Below, in pieces: positions 35,676 to 50,838 of a stretch of DNA of 64,000 bases. The stretch spans positions 18,104,001 through 18,168,000 of the forward strand of contig OZ024752.1 in assembly GCA_964016885.1 (NCBI GenBank). Direction: 5' to 3'. The position numbers and the translations under genes were made by a program. Source of the stretch: Eledone cirrhosa. Taxonomy: Eukaryota. Position 1 is the stretch's first letter. Each line of letters opens with the position of its first letter. The notes beneath the pieces are model-generated. The model worked only from the letters and a program-made list of their open reading frames with translations, ran no database searches and was not told the origin of the DNA.

Positions 35676-38137
35676 CTACAAATCTGGCGAGCACATAAGC
35701 CAGATTGACTTCTTACTAGTTAGGCAGCGGGACAGGCAGAAAGTGTCTAATACCAAGGCATACCCTGGAGAAGAATGTACCCCACAGCATAGGTTAGTCG
35801 TTAGTGATATCTCAGTAAGCAAGAGGTGGAATGAGACATACAGGAAGGTGTGGAGAAGAAAGGTCTGGAAGCTAAAAGACCTTTCACTAAAATACAAATT
35901 TAGGAAAGCCCTTTAAGATGTGTATGATGAAAAAGAAGACGATTTAGAAACGTATGACATAGATAATAACTGGAATTTCTTACGTGACAACTTGCTGCAG
36001 GCTACTGATGAAACTTGTGGCTGGAGCAGAGCTCCAACCAGACAGAGAGTGACCTGGTGGTGGAACAGCACAGTAGATAAGGCCATTAGAAACAAAAGAC
36101 TAGCATGGAAGGCTTGGAAAAAGGGTGGGAGTAGGAAGAATATACAGCCACTAAGAGAGAAGCTAGTCAGGTGTACTTAGCATGCAGGGAGGCTGAGAGT
36201 AGGAGGTTTGCCAATGTTCTGCGACGGGAAGATCAGAGGCATGCGGTGTTCTGCATTGCAAGCCAGTGTGTCAGTGCAAATCAGGATGTTGTTGGAGATA
36301 AATGTGTCTGGAATGATGCTGGTGTACTTGGTGTCACAAATGATCAGAAAAAGGGGGCCTGGAAATGTCATTATGAGAGACTGATGAATGTGGGGAACGA
36401 ATGGAAGAGAGAGAAATTACCCTCAGTAGATCCGACAGAGGGACCAGCTATTGAGATTGACGAATATAGGGTCCAAGAGGCGATTAAGGAAATGAAAAAT
36501 GGTAAGGCTGCTGGACCATCGGGAATAGTTGCAGAGATGCTGAAGGCATAAGGGGACGTAGGCACTAAGCTGGTTGCACGCATCATCAATCAGGCTATAT
36601 ATGGTGGTGTCATACCCAAAGACTGGTGCAGCAGTATTCTCATAAATTGCTACAAAGGTAAAGGGGATGCTCTGGAGAGGAGCAATTATAGCGGTATAAA
36701 ACTGATGGATCAGGTTATGAAAGTGGCAGAAAGGATATTAGCACAACTAATTAGAGAAAGGGTCAAACTAGATGAGATGCAGTTTGGTTTTGTGCCTGGC
36801 AAGAGTACAACAGATGCCCTCTTCTTGGTGAGACATTGCAAGAGAGGTTATTAGAGAAAAATAAGCCACTATACTTAGCTTTCGTTGACCTAGAGAAGGC
36901 TTTGATAGGGTACCCCGATCTGTCATCTGGTGGTCCCTAAGGAAACTAGGTGTTGAGGAATGGCTTGTGAGGACAGTGCAAACTTTTTACAGAGTTACTG
37001 TCAGTAAAGTCAGGGTAGAAATGGAGTTTAGTGAGGAATTCCAGATACAAGTAGGAGTACATCAAGGTTCGGTTCTCAGCCCGCTCTTGTTCATTATAGT
37101 CCTCCAAGCCATAACAGAGGAGTTTAAGACTGGCTGTCCATGGGAACTTCTCTATGCTGACGATCTGGTTCTTATAGCAGAATCAGTAGAGGAGCTAGAG
37201 AATAAATTCTGGCTATGGAAACAGCAGTTGGAAGCAAGAGGACTGAGAGTGAACCTAGCTAAGACAAAAGTGTTGATGAGTAGAAAAAAGGACAAAACTC
37301 TGATTCCGTCAGGGAAATGGCTATGTTCGATATGCAGAAAATGAACTGGCATAAATTCTATAAAATGCACACAATGCAGATCCTGGGTACACAAGAGATG
37401 TAGCGGGATAGCAGGCAAACTAACAGGTAGGGAGAAATATGTATGCAGTAGATGTACAGGGAAATTAAACAGTAGAAGTCGCATTGATAGACACATTTTT
37501 CAAATGCAGGCGGGTGCTATAGAAGTGGTGGATAGCTTCCGGTACCTAGGAGATCAGATTAGCATGGGATGGGGGTGTTCCGAGGCCATAGTATCTAGAA
37601 TAAGGACGGGTTGGAAGAAGTTTAGGGAGCTGCTTCCTCTGCTGATGAAGAAGAGTTTCTCCCTGCGTACGAAAGGCCAGTTATATGCTGCCTGTGTGAG
37701 GAGCGCGATGTTGCATGGTAGTGAGACATGGGCAGCAACTGCAGACGATATGCAACGACTGGAGAGAAATGAGGCAAGCATGCTCCGTTGGATGTGCAGT
37801 GTCAATGTGCGTGAACGACCCAGCATGAATGTGTTGAGAGAGAAACTCTGTCTGAGAGGGATAGAATGTAGTGTACGGGAGAGGAGACTGAGGTGGTATG
37901 GACCTGTGATGCGCATGGAGAATGACCGATCGGTAAAGAAGTGCCAGGAAATGCCAGTTGAAGGAAGACGTGGTAGAGGTAGACCACGAAAAACATGGGC
38001 GGAGGTGGTGAGAACAGACCTCAGATCGCTGAAGCTCACGGTGGAGATGACGAAGGACCGTGACAAGTGGAGAGATGCTGTGCTGAATAAGCAGGGAAGA
38101 GTGGACGTAAAATGATGATGATGATGATGATGATGAT
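35676..38137 (+). mobile_element. RTE LINE, second subfamily, 5'-truncated and decayed
   Basis: Motifs VTWWWN, GKAAGPSGIVAEMLK, GVHQGSVLSPLLF, LLYADDL, LHGSETW, GRPRKTW and a (GAT)n tail. Confidence 0.92.
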
Positions 38138-38410
38138 ATACATCCCAAAAGTCAGCTCAAAAGTGACACAGAGGAGACTGAGGTTAGCTGGACATGCTCA
38201 CCGACATCCAGAGTTGACATTGCACTCAGTGCTCCTGTGGGAGCCCCTACATGGAAACACTGGAAGAGGAAGACCAAGGTTAACGTATGTTGATGCCCTA
38301 GTGACAGACACTGGTCTGTTGGAGACACAGGACATGGCAGCGATAATGAGGGACAGAGACCGCTGGAGAGAACTCGTCCATGGATCACGGGAATTTTACC
38401 CGCACTAGAA
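38138..38410 (+). mobile_element. 3' fragment of a different RTE-type LINE
   Basis: RRLRLAGHAHRH...LLWEPLHG..GRGRPRLTYVD...MRDRDRWR. Confidence 0.8.
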
Positions 38411-38604
38411 AATATATTTATATATATATATTTCCATATGTGGTTAATGGCTGAGAGAAAAAAGTACTCAATACTGAAGTAGAGTTTTAATATTCATTTT
38501 ATTAGGGTTAAATAAATAGTTCTTGCTTGATGACCCTGTGATAAACAGGTGAAACTCCAGAGTAACAAGACTCACTATTTAGCCTTAATGAAATGACTAT
38601 ATCA

Positions 38605-38900
38605 CGATGATGATCATCCTCATTGTCGTTTTTACATCTGCTTTTCCACGCTTGCATGGGTTGGACTGTGTGTGATCATGACCTTCTTCTGGAGGTCATG
38701 ATGATGACACAAGAAACCAAGAAAGACATGGGCAGAGCTGATAAAAGCTGGTCTCAAAGGAGAGAAAATTGTGGAAGAATGCTGTACCTGAGAGAACTTG
38801 TCTACTCCATGGAAGTATGGAAAAAACAGACAAGAAAACATTGATGACTGGCTGAATGTATCTTTGCTCAGACAACACAAATTTCTACTTGGTTTCACAA
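38605..38900 (-). mobile_element. Decayed RTE-like 3' fragment
   Basis: Has an RTE tail signature (ttttacatctgcttttccacgcttgcatgggttgg) and GC-richer remnant sequence. Confidence 0.45.
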
Positions 38901-39211
38901 CAGTATATTAAATGGCAGTGCTACTCTTCTGCTCACCATCAACTCTACTATCTTCTGTATTTGAGCGAAGTCATTTTGAGTAAAGCTAGAGCTGACAAGT
39001 TTATAGGCTGACCAAGATACTCTCATGGAATGACCAAATGAGGTTTATTTTTCAACATAGTCCCTGGAAATAAACAATACAGTTATTAATAAGAAGATTT
39101 GAAATTATTGCATGCAAGATTTCACAGCTCTAGCATCACTACTTGACAGTCGGCATATGAACTATTCAGCCACCACACGTACCACAGCCTGACTTATACA
39201 CGATATTGTTA

Positions 39212-39402
39212 TAATTGTTTCTACTTTTGGCACAAGGTCAGCAATTACCCAGTGTATTACTGGTACTTTATTTTATCGACCCCGTAAGGATGAAAGGCAA
39301 AGTTAACCTCGGCGGGATTTGAACTCAAAATGGCAAGGGCCGTAACTCTATGCTGCAAAGCATGGCGTCCGACCCTCTACCGATACTGCCAATCCACCGC
39401 CC
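39212..39402 (-). mobile_element. Most complete copy of the tRNA-head Nin-like SINE
   Basis: Minus strand reads ggcggtggattggcagtatcggtagag...gagttcaaatcccgccgagg...ggggtcgataaaataaagtaccag...agaaacaattat. Confidence 0.8.
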
Positions 39403-39884
39403 TATATTGTTATATATAATGATATTACACATATATGAAAAAAATTTCCCATTTCTTTCAATCTATCTATATTATAAAACAGAGTCTGTTTCACCTTCTA
39501 CCTGTCCGTAGAAGGATAGGAGGAGTGAAACGTTGTTGTTGTATATGTATATATCATGTAGAAACTGACATCACTTAAGCATCACTCAAAATGCACAAAA
39601 TTTTAACTTCGCTCAAACAACTGGACATGGTTGTAAAGTGGTTGGTATTAGGAAGTACATCTATCCTGTCCTAACTCGGTGACTAAACCAGCAACCTCAC
39701 CAAGCTTGTTTGGTGAGGAAGGTGATTTGGGACACCCTGTGAGATGAAAAACAAAACCTGTCAAAGGGCAGAAGAACTCAAAAGAGTCAACGTCCATCCA
39801 ATAGTGTGTAAATGTGTATATTTTGTGTGGGGGTGGGTGTGTATGGGATTGATTGCACATGTGTCTGTCTCTGTGTGTGTATAT

Positions 39885-42800
39885 GTGAAGGCTCGAATAC
39901 CATTTTGAGCCTGAGCAAAGTTAGATCATGCAGGCTTTCCCAAGCCACCAGCCTGGAGATGGAGTCCCAATGAAAAATACCAGGAAGGAAAACCTGTCAG
40001 AAACATGGAAAAACCAACAAGAGGGCGCTTAGAGGTCCTATCAACAATGCCTCCACCTATGGACTAGATAGAAGCTGTCTGTAGCTTTAAAATGGCCTGT
40101 ACAGTCTTGGCAACGCGCACTTGTATCCAGCCATCGAAAAAAGGGACTATTCATTGATTTGCACCAAGGTAAAAGCCCCTGTCTTAGCTGATTTTCCTGA
40201 AACTCGCACTTCATCCTCTGAGACCAATGACAGATCAGTCTTCAGCCTGGACTCATCTAAGCAGACTGTTCTTGATAGAGCAGAAGTTAGATTAAAACCT
40301 CTCCTAAAGTGTAAACACCCCGCTCGCTTTAGTACATTCAACGTCAATACCCTTGGTCCTCTAGGAAGACTTGATGAGCTAGTAATGAGCACTAGATCCA
40401 ACGCTATTGACGTCATCAGTCTTCAAGTGCATAGACATTTCCATCCAGATGTAGACCTAAAGTTTACAAAATCTGACAATTTCCAGCTTGTCACTGCCTC
40501 TGCATACAAAAACTCTAATGCCACCATTGGTGGAGTTGGTATGCTTCTCTCATCAAGGGCACATGAGAACATCATCAACATTGAAAACATAGATGATAGA
40601 ATAATGGTTGGCGAGTTCAATTCAAATCCCAAACTCACATATCTTGCTATAGCCCAACAAATAGCAGTGATGAAGAAACTGCTACCAGTTTCTATCAGGC
40701 TCTGAGATCAGTCATTGAAAACATCCCTGCCCCTAATTTCCTAACTATTGCTGGTGACTTCAATGTCAAGCTAGGCCCTGATGATGTAAAATTCACCTTC
40801 AACACCGAAACAAACCGAAATGGTGAAATACTTCTCCACCTCCTTGACGAATTTCAAATAGCTTCATGAAAGACCAATCCAAGCTCTGGTCAGTTACCTA
40901 CCCTAACGGTAGTAGAGTTCAATTAGATTATATCCTATCTCGGAAAAAATGGCAAAACAGTGTACACAACTCTGAAACCTATTCCTCCTTCTCGTGGGAT
41001 CTGATCACAGGATTGTCTCTTCCAAAGTTACTCTTAGCCTTCGCACTCCTAAGAAAGTCCCTGTTGGTCTTATGAAACAAATTAACTGGAGGTTGGTGTC
41101 ATCAAATAAGGAGCTCTCCAGCCGGTATGCAATTAGTTTCTATAATAGGTTCTCTGAACTATCCTGCACTGATGATTGCATTGAGACTAAATACTCCTAA
41201 TTGTTGCAAATGAAGAAGTTCCTCTTTCCAGCTTACCCAAAAAGACCAAAAGGAAGCTCACGATATTAAGCTCACTTATCTTAGTATCCTCAGCGCACAA
41301 AAAATTGCAAAGTCTTTTTTCTCAGTACAGCTCAAATCCAACTAGTTTACTGAAAAGCGAAATGACCCAATGCAAAAAAGACCTTGGTGAGGTGTACACA
41401 ACTGCTTTTGCAGAGTATGTAGAGGGAAAAATAAACAAACTTAAGACCTTTCATATAAACAAACAACACGCAGCTGCATGGGCTTTAATCAACAGAATAA
41501 CTGGCAGAAAAGAAAAGCCTTCACCCATCATCAAAGGAGGCTCTCAAGAAGCTACAAAAAAGAGCTGGACTGACCACTTCAAGGGTCTACTGGGTGAACC
41601 ATCTCCTGTAGGTGATTTACCAAAGTCTATGGTATCACCTGAACTCGACATCACTTAACTTTTCACCTTGAATGAGATCAACCAGGCGATCAAAACACTT
41701 GAAAAGAAAAAATCACCTGGTCTTGACAATATACCCAGTATAATTTGGAAAGACCCAAACCTTTGTTCAGTCCTATTATCAATCTGCAACGACACCTTAA
41801 ACAAGAAAACTCCTCCAAGTTGGCTAAAAACAGGTATATTTCCTGTCCCCAAAAAACGGTGACCTCTCATCCCTCTAAAACTACCAAGGAATATCACTTA
41901 TGCCCATTGCTGCCAAGATCTACAACAAGCTAATCCTCAACCGTATAGTTCCGTATGTTGATCCAATCCTCAGAGACATTCTGTTTGAAATTCTACCCTT
42001 GTATGGCATCCCAGTAATACCTATGGAAGCAATTAATACTCTGTATCTCAACACAAGTGTCACTATCATCACCCCTGATGGCTCAACAGAGTTCTTTGAC
42101 ATCTCAGCAGGAGTGCTGCAGGGTGACACTCTTGCCCCATACTTCCATATCATTGCACTAGACTACGCCCTGAGACTCTCAATTTACAAAATCAATAACA
42201 AAAGTATAAGCATGAGCTCTAGGCATCCCTCTAAACATCTTACTGACCTTGACTTAACGGATGACATTGCACTTCTTGCAGATTGACTAGAAAATTGTTT
42301 ACATCTCTCCAGGAAGCAGCCGCCCTCGTTGGCCTTCATCTCAATTAGGGTAAAACAGAGTACATCTCAACAACATCAAAGCAATCAATGGCAGTGATAT
42401 CAAGCAAGTCAAGGATTTCAAGTATCTTGGGTCCTGGATCATGGACTCTGAGAAGGATTTAGCTACCAGAAAGGTCTAAGTATGGTCAGCTTGCAACAAG
42501 ATGGATCGAGTTTGGTGCTCAAATATTTCCAACCACACCAAAATCAGACTCTTCCAAGTAACAATTCAACCAATCTTGCTATATGGAAGTGAAACATGGA
42601 CGCTTTCATCCAAACATCAAAAGCACCTTGATGGCACCTACACTCACCTGCTTCAACGCATTCACAACATAAGCTGGCGACATCTGACTTTGAAAGAAAT
42701 ATATGCCAGCCTCCCACGCATATCTGTCGTTGTACGTAAAAGAAGAGTAACATTTGCTGGCCACTGCCATCGTGCCACCTACGAGGCTGTGTCCTTATTA

Positions 42801-42976
42801 GTGATTAGGAAACCACAAACAGTCATTAATAGCAGGGGGAACAAGCTCTCCTATCCCGATGTCATCTCCAGAGATTCTGGTATTGAAATCCAGGATTTAG
42901 CAGCGGCAATGAATGACAGACCCACGTGGAGATCAATTGTTGAGTCGATATAATTTGAGGCCACCAGATGATGATG
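39885..42976 (+). mobile_element. RTE-type LINE, third family, with 5' UTR; internally deleted and decayed
   Basis: Motifs FSTFNVNTL, IGGVGMLL, QLDYIL, GSDHRIV, KSPGLDNIP, GVLQGDTLAP, DDIALL, LLYGSETW, FAGHCHR; short (gat)n end. Confidence 0.88.
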
Positions 42977-43656
42977 AAAAGGTAGTTAAAATGGTACTTC
43001 TATTGTTAACTATTCCTGTGTTTCTATTACATATGGAGTTTATCTTCTCTGTAAGACTACTGAAGATTCCACTACACCTTTTGGACACCCATAGTTTGTC
43101 TTTGGTACAGAGTATAGGGTTCCTATGAAAATATATATGATATATATCAATATGTGCATGAGTAGGTAAATATATGTAAGCATATGCACATGCATACACA
43201 TACACATGTATACACATGCACATGTATACAAGTACATACATGCATATGCACACACAAACACACATATAACATTTCTCAAAAATGTTATCTTCTTCGGCGA
43301 TGAATTTGTTTTGCAAGGTTTTTGATATGAAATCATGTGTTGAAACAAATATTGTTATATTTGGGGAGGGTCATGTTGTTATAATATTGACAGAAATATA
43401 TAGTAAAACACACTCACTGTTTGGTTTAGGTTGGTTTCACTTCAGTATATTTTATATTTCTATAATTAATTCAACTAGCAATCAATGTTTATCCTTGATT
43501 GATTAACAGTTAAATATATAGATATAAATATAGTTTCTCAGAGTTCTTTCATCACCGACCTGTGACATTATCAGTGATGTTATGCTTCCTCATGTATTGC
43601 TGTAATGTTTTCTTATTGTTCTTCATATTACTGATATAAATACAATTACTTTCCAG

Positions 43657-46600
43657 ACAAATGGCCATTCCATATTTCTCCAAGTCTGCCAGTTGTTTTA
43701 CCAAATAGAGTTAAAGAAATAAACCAATACCCTAGCCAGGCTTCTGAGGACTTCATATCTAATTCATTACCAACAACCAAAATTCAGCTGCCAGAAAATA
43801 TATCACAAATTGTTTCTATCAATCTATTTAAACAAATGAAACCTACAAACCAACCAATTGCAAGATATTCAAGAACAAGTGATGCCTATACACCAAATAT
43901 ACCAGGAGGGAAATACAGATTAGTGATGAGAAGTGGAATTGTTCCAGAGGTTGAAGATGAAGTCTTTTTACCAATATCTCCAACATCCTCACAGAATAAT
44001 GTAGGAACTATATTTCCAAGTTTGAAAACTGGAAATTGGATCAAGATGGATCCCAAAATTGAACAAGCTGAAAGAAATGTATTGAGAAAACGTTACAGAA
44101 AGTTAGATAAGAAGCAGATATTACTTGATAGAATGCCTATGGTAGTGCAAAGAATGAAACGAGATACTGAACAAACATTGACACGTGCAATGAAAGGGGT
44201 AGTACAAAGAATGTTAAAGGAAAATGGGATGCAATTAAAACCAAGGATAGCAGAGGAAATTATTAGAAAATCTACACAAGAAATAAAACCAAGGAATCCA
44301 AACAGAGAAACACTTGAGAAAGGCTCAATTCAAAGACTGTTACAAAAGCTAACAAAAAGAGCATTTTACAAAAGAATGCAGGGAATTGATAGAAAATTTA
44401 GGCAAGAAAAAAGGCAGAAAAGACATGCAAGAATGATGTTGAAAGAGACACGACAAGGAATATTACCAAGAACAAGACAATGGACATTACAACGGACAGT
44501 TCCAGGAAGAATCCCAAGTAAGGCACAAAATGTATTACTAAGAGATAGACTTGTATCAAGAATAGGGAGCACATTATTAACAGGATTAGAAGAAAAGATG
44601 TTGCATAAATCAATGCCAACGTTTGTGCCAGGGACTGTAAAAATCATGTCACCAGGCCAAGGAGAAAATATTCTGTCAAGAATAATTTATAGAAATTCAC
44701 CTGGAATAATGTATAGAAAGTATCCTGCAAATAGACAAAATATGTTACAAAGAATTAACTACCAAACAGTACCAGAAACTATCCTTATTAGTCTAAAAGA
44801 AACACCTTTGTCAACAATGTTGTACAAAGGGTTAACTAGAATTTACCATCCAAGGATATTAGTTGATAAGAAAGAGAATATAGTACTAAAACCAATTCCT
44901 AGAATATCACCAGAAATTGTTCCACCTATATTAGCTGCAGCAACTATAGGAAGCAGACTAAACCAAGACATCTTTTTATATCCTGCTAAAACATTGACTG
45001 GAAAACAAGTATTATTAATAGTACGAAACATGAACAAAGGAAATATTTTGCAGCCAATATCTGAAACTGCACAAGATACATTACCAGGAATGAACCTACT
45101 GATATTAAGTGGTGGTGGTGTTGGAAAAGACAGGCATATAGAAAACATTAATGGAATATCGCTGGAAAATTTAACGAAAAGGCTGCAACTAATACTAACA
45201 AGAACAGAGGAGCCAGAATTTATACAAAGAAGACTGAAGGATTTAATTACTGGGCGTAGTCATCTCTTTACAAGAGATTCCATGCAAACTATAGTTCCAT
45301 TAGCACATCAAATGACAATGAGGGACAAAGACATGGTACCAGGTATGGCTCCAAGACTAACTCAAGGATGGGAATCAGGTACTGGGAAGATTATAATTCC
45401 TAAAACAAAGTACTCAAATATACCAGCAAGGATACAAATGGTGCAACATCAAAGACCAGAAAGTGTACAAAGGGAAAATCCACATCCATACACTATTCAA
45501 TATGTGATGCCAGGAATCGTTCAAAATTTGATTCCAGCAATACCTAAAAGAATATTACCAGACAATATGCAATATATACTGCAGGGAAGAAATAAACAAT
45601 ACATGTTGAAAACTGATCGTGGTACAGAAAATAGGTACATTAATTTAGAACAAGATGGTACGGGAAAAAGTGAAGACAAAATAGCAGGTAAAATCAAAGA
45701 TGAAAATAAAGAAGAAATATTTAAAGGAAATTCTACATATTCATTGCAAAATATGTTGAAAGATTTGAAAAATAAGCTGGAAAGTCACATAGAAAATGGT
45801 AATATAGTGTCTAGAATTTTGACCGAAACATCTCCCAAAACAATTCAGACACCAATTAAATTGAAGGAAATTCTGTTTGCAAAAAAGAAAATTAGACTTC
45901 AAGGTACTGAAGATAGAATATCACTTGGAAGTGTACCACAGATGTTACCTGAAACTAGGCTATGGGTGTTACCTGGAACAGGGCAATTTATATTATCTGG
46001 AATTAGGCAAGGCATGTTACCTGGAATTAGGCAAGGCATGTTACCTGGAATTAAACAAGGCATGTTACCTGGAATTAGACAAGGGATGTTACCTGGGACA
46101 GAGCAAGGGATGTTACCTAGGACAGGACAACTGATGTTACCTGGGACAAAGCTGTTGATGTTACCTGGGACAGGAAAAAGGATATTACCTGTGACAGAGC
46201 TGTTGATATTACCTGGGACAGGACAATTGATGTTACCTGGGACAGAGCAAGGGATATTACCTGGGACAGGACAATTGATATTACCTGGGACAGGGCAATT
46301 GATGTTACCTGGGACAGAGCAAGGGACGTTACCTGGGACAGGACAATTGATATTACCTGGGACAGGGCAATTGATGTTACCTGGGACAGGGCAAGGGATG
46401 TTACCTGGGACAGGGCAATTGATGTTACCTGGGACAGAGCAAGGGACGTTACCTGGGACAGGACAATTGATGTTACCTGGGACAGGGCAATTGATGTTAC
46501 CTGGGACAGAGCAAGGGACGTTACCTGGGACAGGACAATTGATGTTACCTGGGACAGGGCAATTGATGTTACCTGGGACAGGGCAATTGATGTTACCTGG

Positions 46601-49600
46601 GACAGGGCAATTGATGTTACCTGGGACAGGGCAAGGGATGTTACCTGGGACAGGACAATTGATGTTACCTGGGACAGGACAATTGATGTTACCTGGGACA
46701 GGACAATTGACGTTACCTGGGACAGGGCAATTGATGTTACCTGGGACAGGGCAAGGGATGTTACCTGGGACAGGACAATTGACGTTACCTGGGACAGGGC
46801 AATTGATGTTACCTGGGACAGGGCAAGGGATGTTACCTGGGACAGGACAATTGACGTTACCTGGGACAGGGCAATTGATGTTACCTGGGACAGAGCAATT
46901 GACGTTACCTGGGACAGGGCAATTGATGTTACCTGGGACAGAGCAAGGGACGTTACCTGGGACAGGGCAATTGATGTTACCTGGGACAGAGCAAGGGACG
47001 TTACCTGGGACAGGGCAATTGATGTTACTTGGGACAGAGAAATTGATGTTACCTGGGACAGGGCAATTGACGTTACCTGGGACAGGGCAAGGGACGTTAC
47101 CTGGGACAGGGCAATTGATGTTACCTGGGACAGAGAAATTGATGTTACCTGGGACAGGGCAATTGATGTTACCTGGGACAGGGCAATTGATGTTACCTGG
47201 GACAGAGCAAGGGATGTTACCTGGGACAGGACAATTGATGTTACCTGGGACAGGGCAAGGGATGTTACCTGGGACAGAGAAATTGATGTTACCTGGGACA
47301 GGACAATTGATGTTACCTGGGACAGAGAAATTGATGTTACCTGGGACAGGGCAATTGATGTTACCTGGGACAGGACAATTGATGTTACCTGGGACAGAGA
47401 AATTGATGTTACCTGGGACAGAGCAAGGGACGTTACCTGGGACAGGGCAATTGATGTTACCTGGGACAGAGCAAGGGATGTTACTTGGGACAGGGCAATT
47501 GATGTTACCTGGGACAGGGCAATTGATGTTATCTGGGACAGAGAAATTGATGTTACCTGGGACAGGGCAATTGATGTTACCTGGGACAGGACAATTGATG
47601 TTACTTGGGACAGGGCAATTGATGTTACCTGGGACAGGACAATTGATGTTACCTGGGACAGGACAATTGATGTTACCTGGGACAGGGCAATTGATGTTAC
47701 CTGGGACAGAGCAAGGGACGTTACCTGGGACAGGGCAATTGATGTTACCTGGGACAGGGCAAGGGACGTTACCTGGGACAGGGCAATTGATGTTACCTGG
47801 GACAGGACAATTGATGTTACCTGGGACAGGACAATTGATATTACCTGGGACAGGGCAATTGATGTTACCTGGAACAGAGCAAGGGATGTTACCTGGGACA
47901 GGGCAATTGATGTTACCTGGGACAGGGCAATTGATGTTACCTGGGACAGGACAATTGATGTTACCTGGGACAGGGCAATTGATGTTACCTGGGACAGGAC
48001 AATTGATGTTACCTGGGACAGAGCAAGGGATGTTACCTGGGACAGAGAAATTGACGTTACCTGGGACAGGACAATTGATATTACCTGGGACAGGGCAATT
48101 GATGTTACCTGGGACAGAGCAAGGGATGTTACCTGGGACAGGGCAATTGATGTTACCTGGGACAGGGCAATTGATGTTACTTGGGACAGGACAATTGATG
48201 TTACCTGGGACAGAGCAAGGGACGTTACCTGGGACAGGACAATTGATGTTACCTGGGACAGGGCAATTGATGTTACCTGGGACAGGACAATTGATGTTAC
48301 CAGGGACAGAGCAAGGGACGTTACCTGGGACAGGGCAATTGATGTTACCTGGGACAGGGCAATTGATGTTACCTGGGACAGGACAATTGATGTTACCTGG
48401 GACAGAACAAGGGACGTTACCTGGGACAGGACAATTGATGTTACCTGGGACAGAGCAAGGGATGTTACCTGGGACAGGGCAATTGATGTTACCTGGGACA
48501 GGGCAAGGGACGTTACCTGGGACAGGGCAATTGATGTTACCTGGGACAGGGCAATTGATGTTACCTGGGACAGGACAATTGATGTTGTTACCTGGGACAG
48601 GGCAATTGATGTTACCTGGGACAGAGCAAGGGACGTTACCTGGGACAGGGCAATTGATGTTACCTGGGACAGGACAATTGATGTTACCTGGGACAGGACA
48701 ATTGATGTTACCTGGGACAGGGCAATTGATGTTACCTGGGACAGGGCAATTGATGTTGTTACCTGGGACAGGGCAATTGATGTTACCTGGGACAGAGCAA
48801 GGGACGTTACCTGGGACAGGGCAATTGATGTTACCTGGGACAGGACAATTGATGTTACCTGGGACAGGACAATTGATGTTACCTGGGACAGGGCAATTGA
48901 TGTTACCTGGGACAGGGCAATTGATGTTACCTGGGACAGGGCAATTGATGTTACCTGGGACAGGACAATTGATGTTACCTGGGACAGGACAATTGATGTT
49001 GTTACCTGGGACAGAGCAAGGGATGTTACCTGGGACAGGGCAAGGGACGTTCCCTGGGACAGAGCAAGGGATGTTACCTGGGACAGAGCAAGGGATGTTA
49101 CCTGGGACAGGACAATTGATGTTACCTGGGACAGAGCAAGGGATGTTACCTGGGACAGGGCAATTGATGTTACCTGGGACAGGGCAATTGATGTTACCTG
49201 GGACAGGACAATTGATATTACCTGGGACAGGGCAATTGATGTTACCTGGGACAGGAAAAAGGATGTTACCTGGGACAGAGCAAGGGACGTTACCTGGGAC
49301 AGGGCAATTGATGTTACCTGGGACAGGACAATTGACGTTACCTGGGACAGGACAATTGATGTTACCTGGGACAGGACAATTGATGTTACCTGGGACAGGG
49401 CAATTGATGTTACCTGGGACAGGACAATTGATGTTACCTGGGACAGGGCAATTGATGTTATCTAAAACTGGGCCAGGTATGTTATATGAGACTGAGCAAA
49501 GAGACTTATCTGGAACTAAACAAATTATGTTACCCGGAAATTGGGAAACAATGCTTTCAGAAACTGGGCAAAAAATATTACCTGGATATGGACCAGGAAT

Positions 49601-50823
49601 TTCCCTTGAAAATGGAAAAGAGATGTTATTTGGAACTGGGCAAAGGACATTTCCACAAATAATGCAAGGTATGTTACATGGAAATCAGAAAAAGGTGCTA
49701 CATGGACCTCACCAATGGATGTTACCTAAAAATATCCAACAGAAGTTTTTAAGAAATGAGCAAGGTATATTAGCAGGGCCTCTACAAAGGTTCTTACCTG
49801 GAAATGATCAAGGTATATTAGCAGGGCCTCTACAAAGGTTCTTACATAAAAGGGGACAAAAGATATCATCAAAAAATATCCAATTGATATCACCAGGATC
49901 TGGACAACTGGAACTTATATTACATAGAACTGGACAAGCAGTCTTACCAGGAAATGTACTTGGAACTGAACCAAGGAATGTACTTGGAACTGAATCAAGG
50001 AATGTACTTGGAACTGAACTAACGAATGTACTTGCAATTGAACGATGTGTGTTATCTGGAACAGGGCAAGAAATGTTACCATGTACTCTTCAAGGAGTGT
50101 TACCAGGAAATATACAATTTATGTTAACTGGAAATAAACTAATGCTGTTACCTAGATCACTGGTACGTAGAACTGGACAAGGGATGTTTGCTGGACTTGG
50201 GATATCAATATTACCTGGAACTGGGGCAGAGGAGTTAGCAGGGATTAGTCAAGAGAACTCACCTGAAATTATGAAATTGGGGTTACCAGGAAATGGGAAA
50301 AGAATATTACAAAGATATGGGGATGGACTGTTATCTGGAACTGGACAAGGGATGTTATTTGAAAATGACCAACATATGTTAGCAGGAAACGAGCAAGAGA
50401 TGTTGATTAGGAACGAACAGAGGACAATTCCAAACACAGAACCATATATAACACCAAGAATGATACAACAAATGAAAGAATTACCAGTAATAATTCTAAG
50501 GTTACCACAAAGAATAAATCCTATTATAAAGCTAAGAACATTGCCAGAGACAAAAGACAAACCACTCCCATGGACAGAACATAAGACACCAAGAATATTA
50601 CAGGAATTCTTTCAAGAAACATCACCCAGACCAATGTATGGAATGTTTACACAAACAAAAAATGGAATATCACCTGAAGCAAAATTACAAAATACAATGA
50701 AATCAATGTCAATTAACTCCCAAATGAGATTAAGGAATTTTCTAGAAGCTGGAAATAATAAACCAATTTTGACAGCATCTGCAGTGCAGCAACATATAGC
50801 AGCTGACTCTAAACCAAGAATAG
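43657..50823 (+). CDS. Giant 7,167-bp internal exon of an uncharacterised secreted repetitive protein
   Basis: Acceptor tttccag|ac at 43656/43657; the frame is open from there through the 2340-aa ORF; donor AG|GTAAGC at 50823/50824; phase 1 at both ends. Confidence 0.88.
45945..49460 (+). repeat. Coding tandem repeat, 24-bp unit TTACCTGGGACAGGGCAATTGATG (LPGTGQLM), about 146 copies
   Basis: Visible in both DNA and translation; the only indels seen are three 3-nt insertions (LLPG). Confidence 0.97.
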
Positions 50824-50838
50824 GTAAGCTGGCTTTTT

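Noticed and set aside
42991-43056. Hydrophobic MVLLLLTIPVFLLHMEFIFS followed by GTAAGA as an alternative signal-peptide exon
   Set aside because: The donor is phase 0 and would not join the phase-1 acceptor at 43657 in frame. It abuts a LINE tail, and the 24332 exon fits better.
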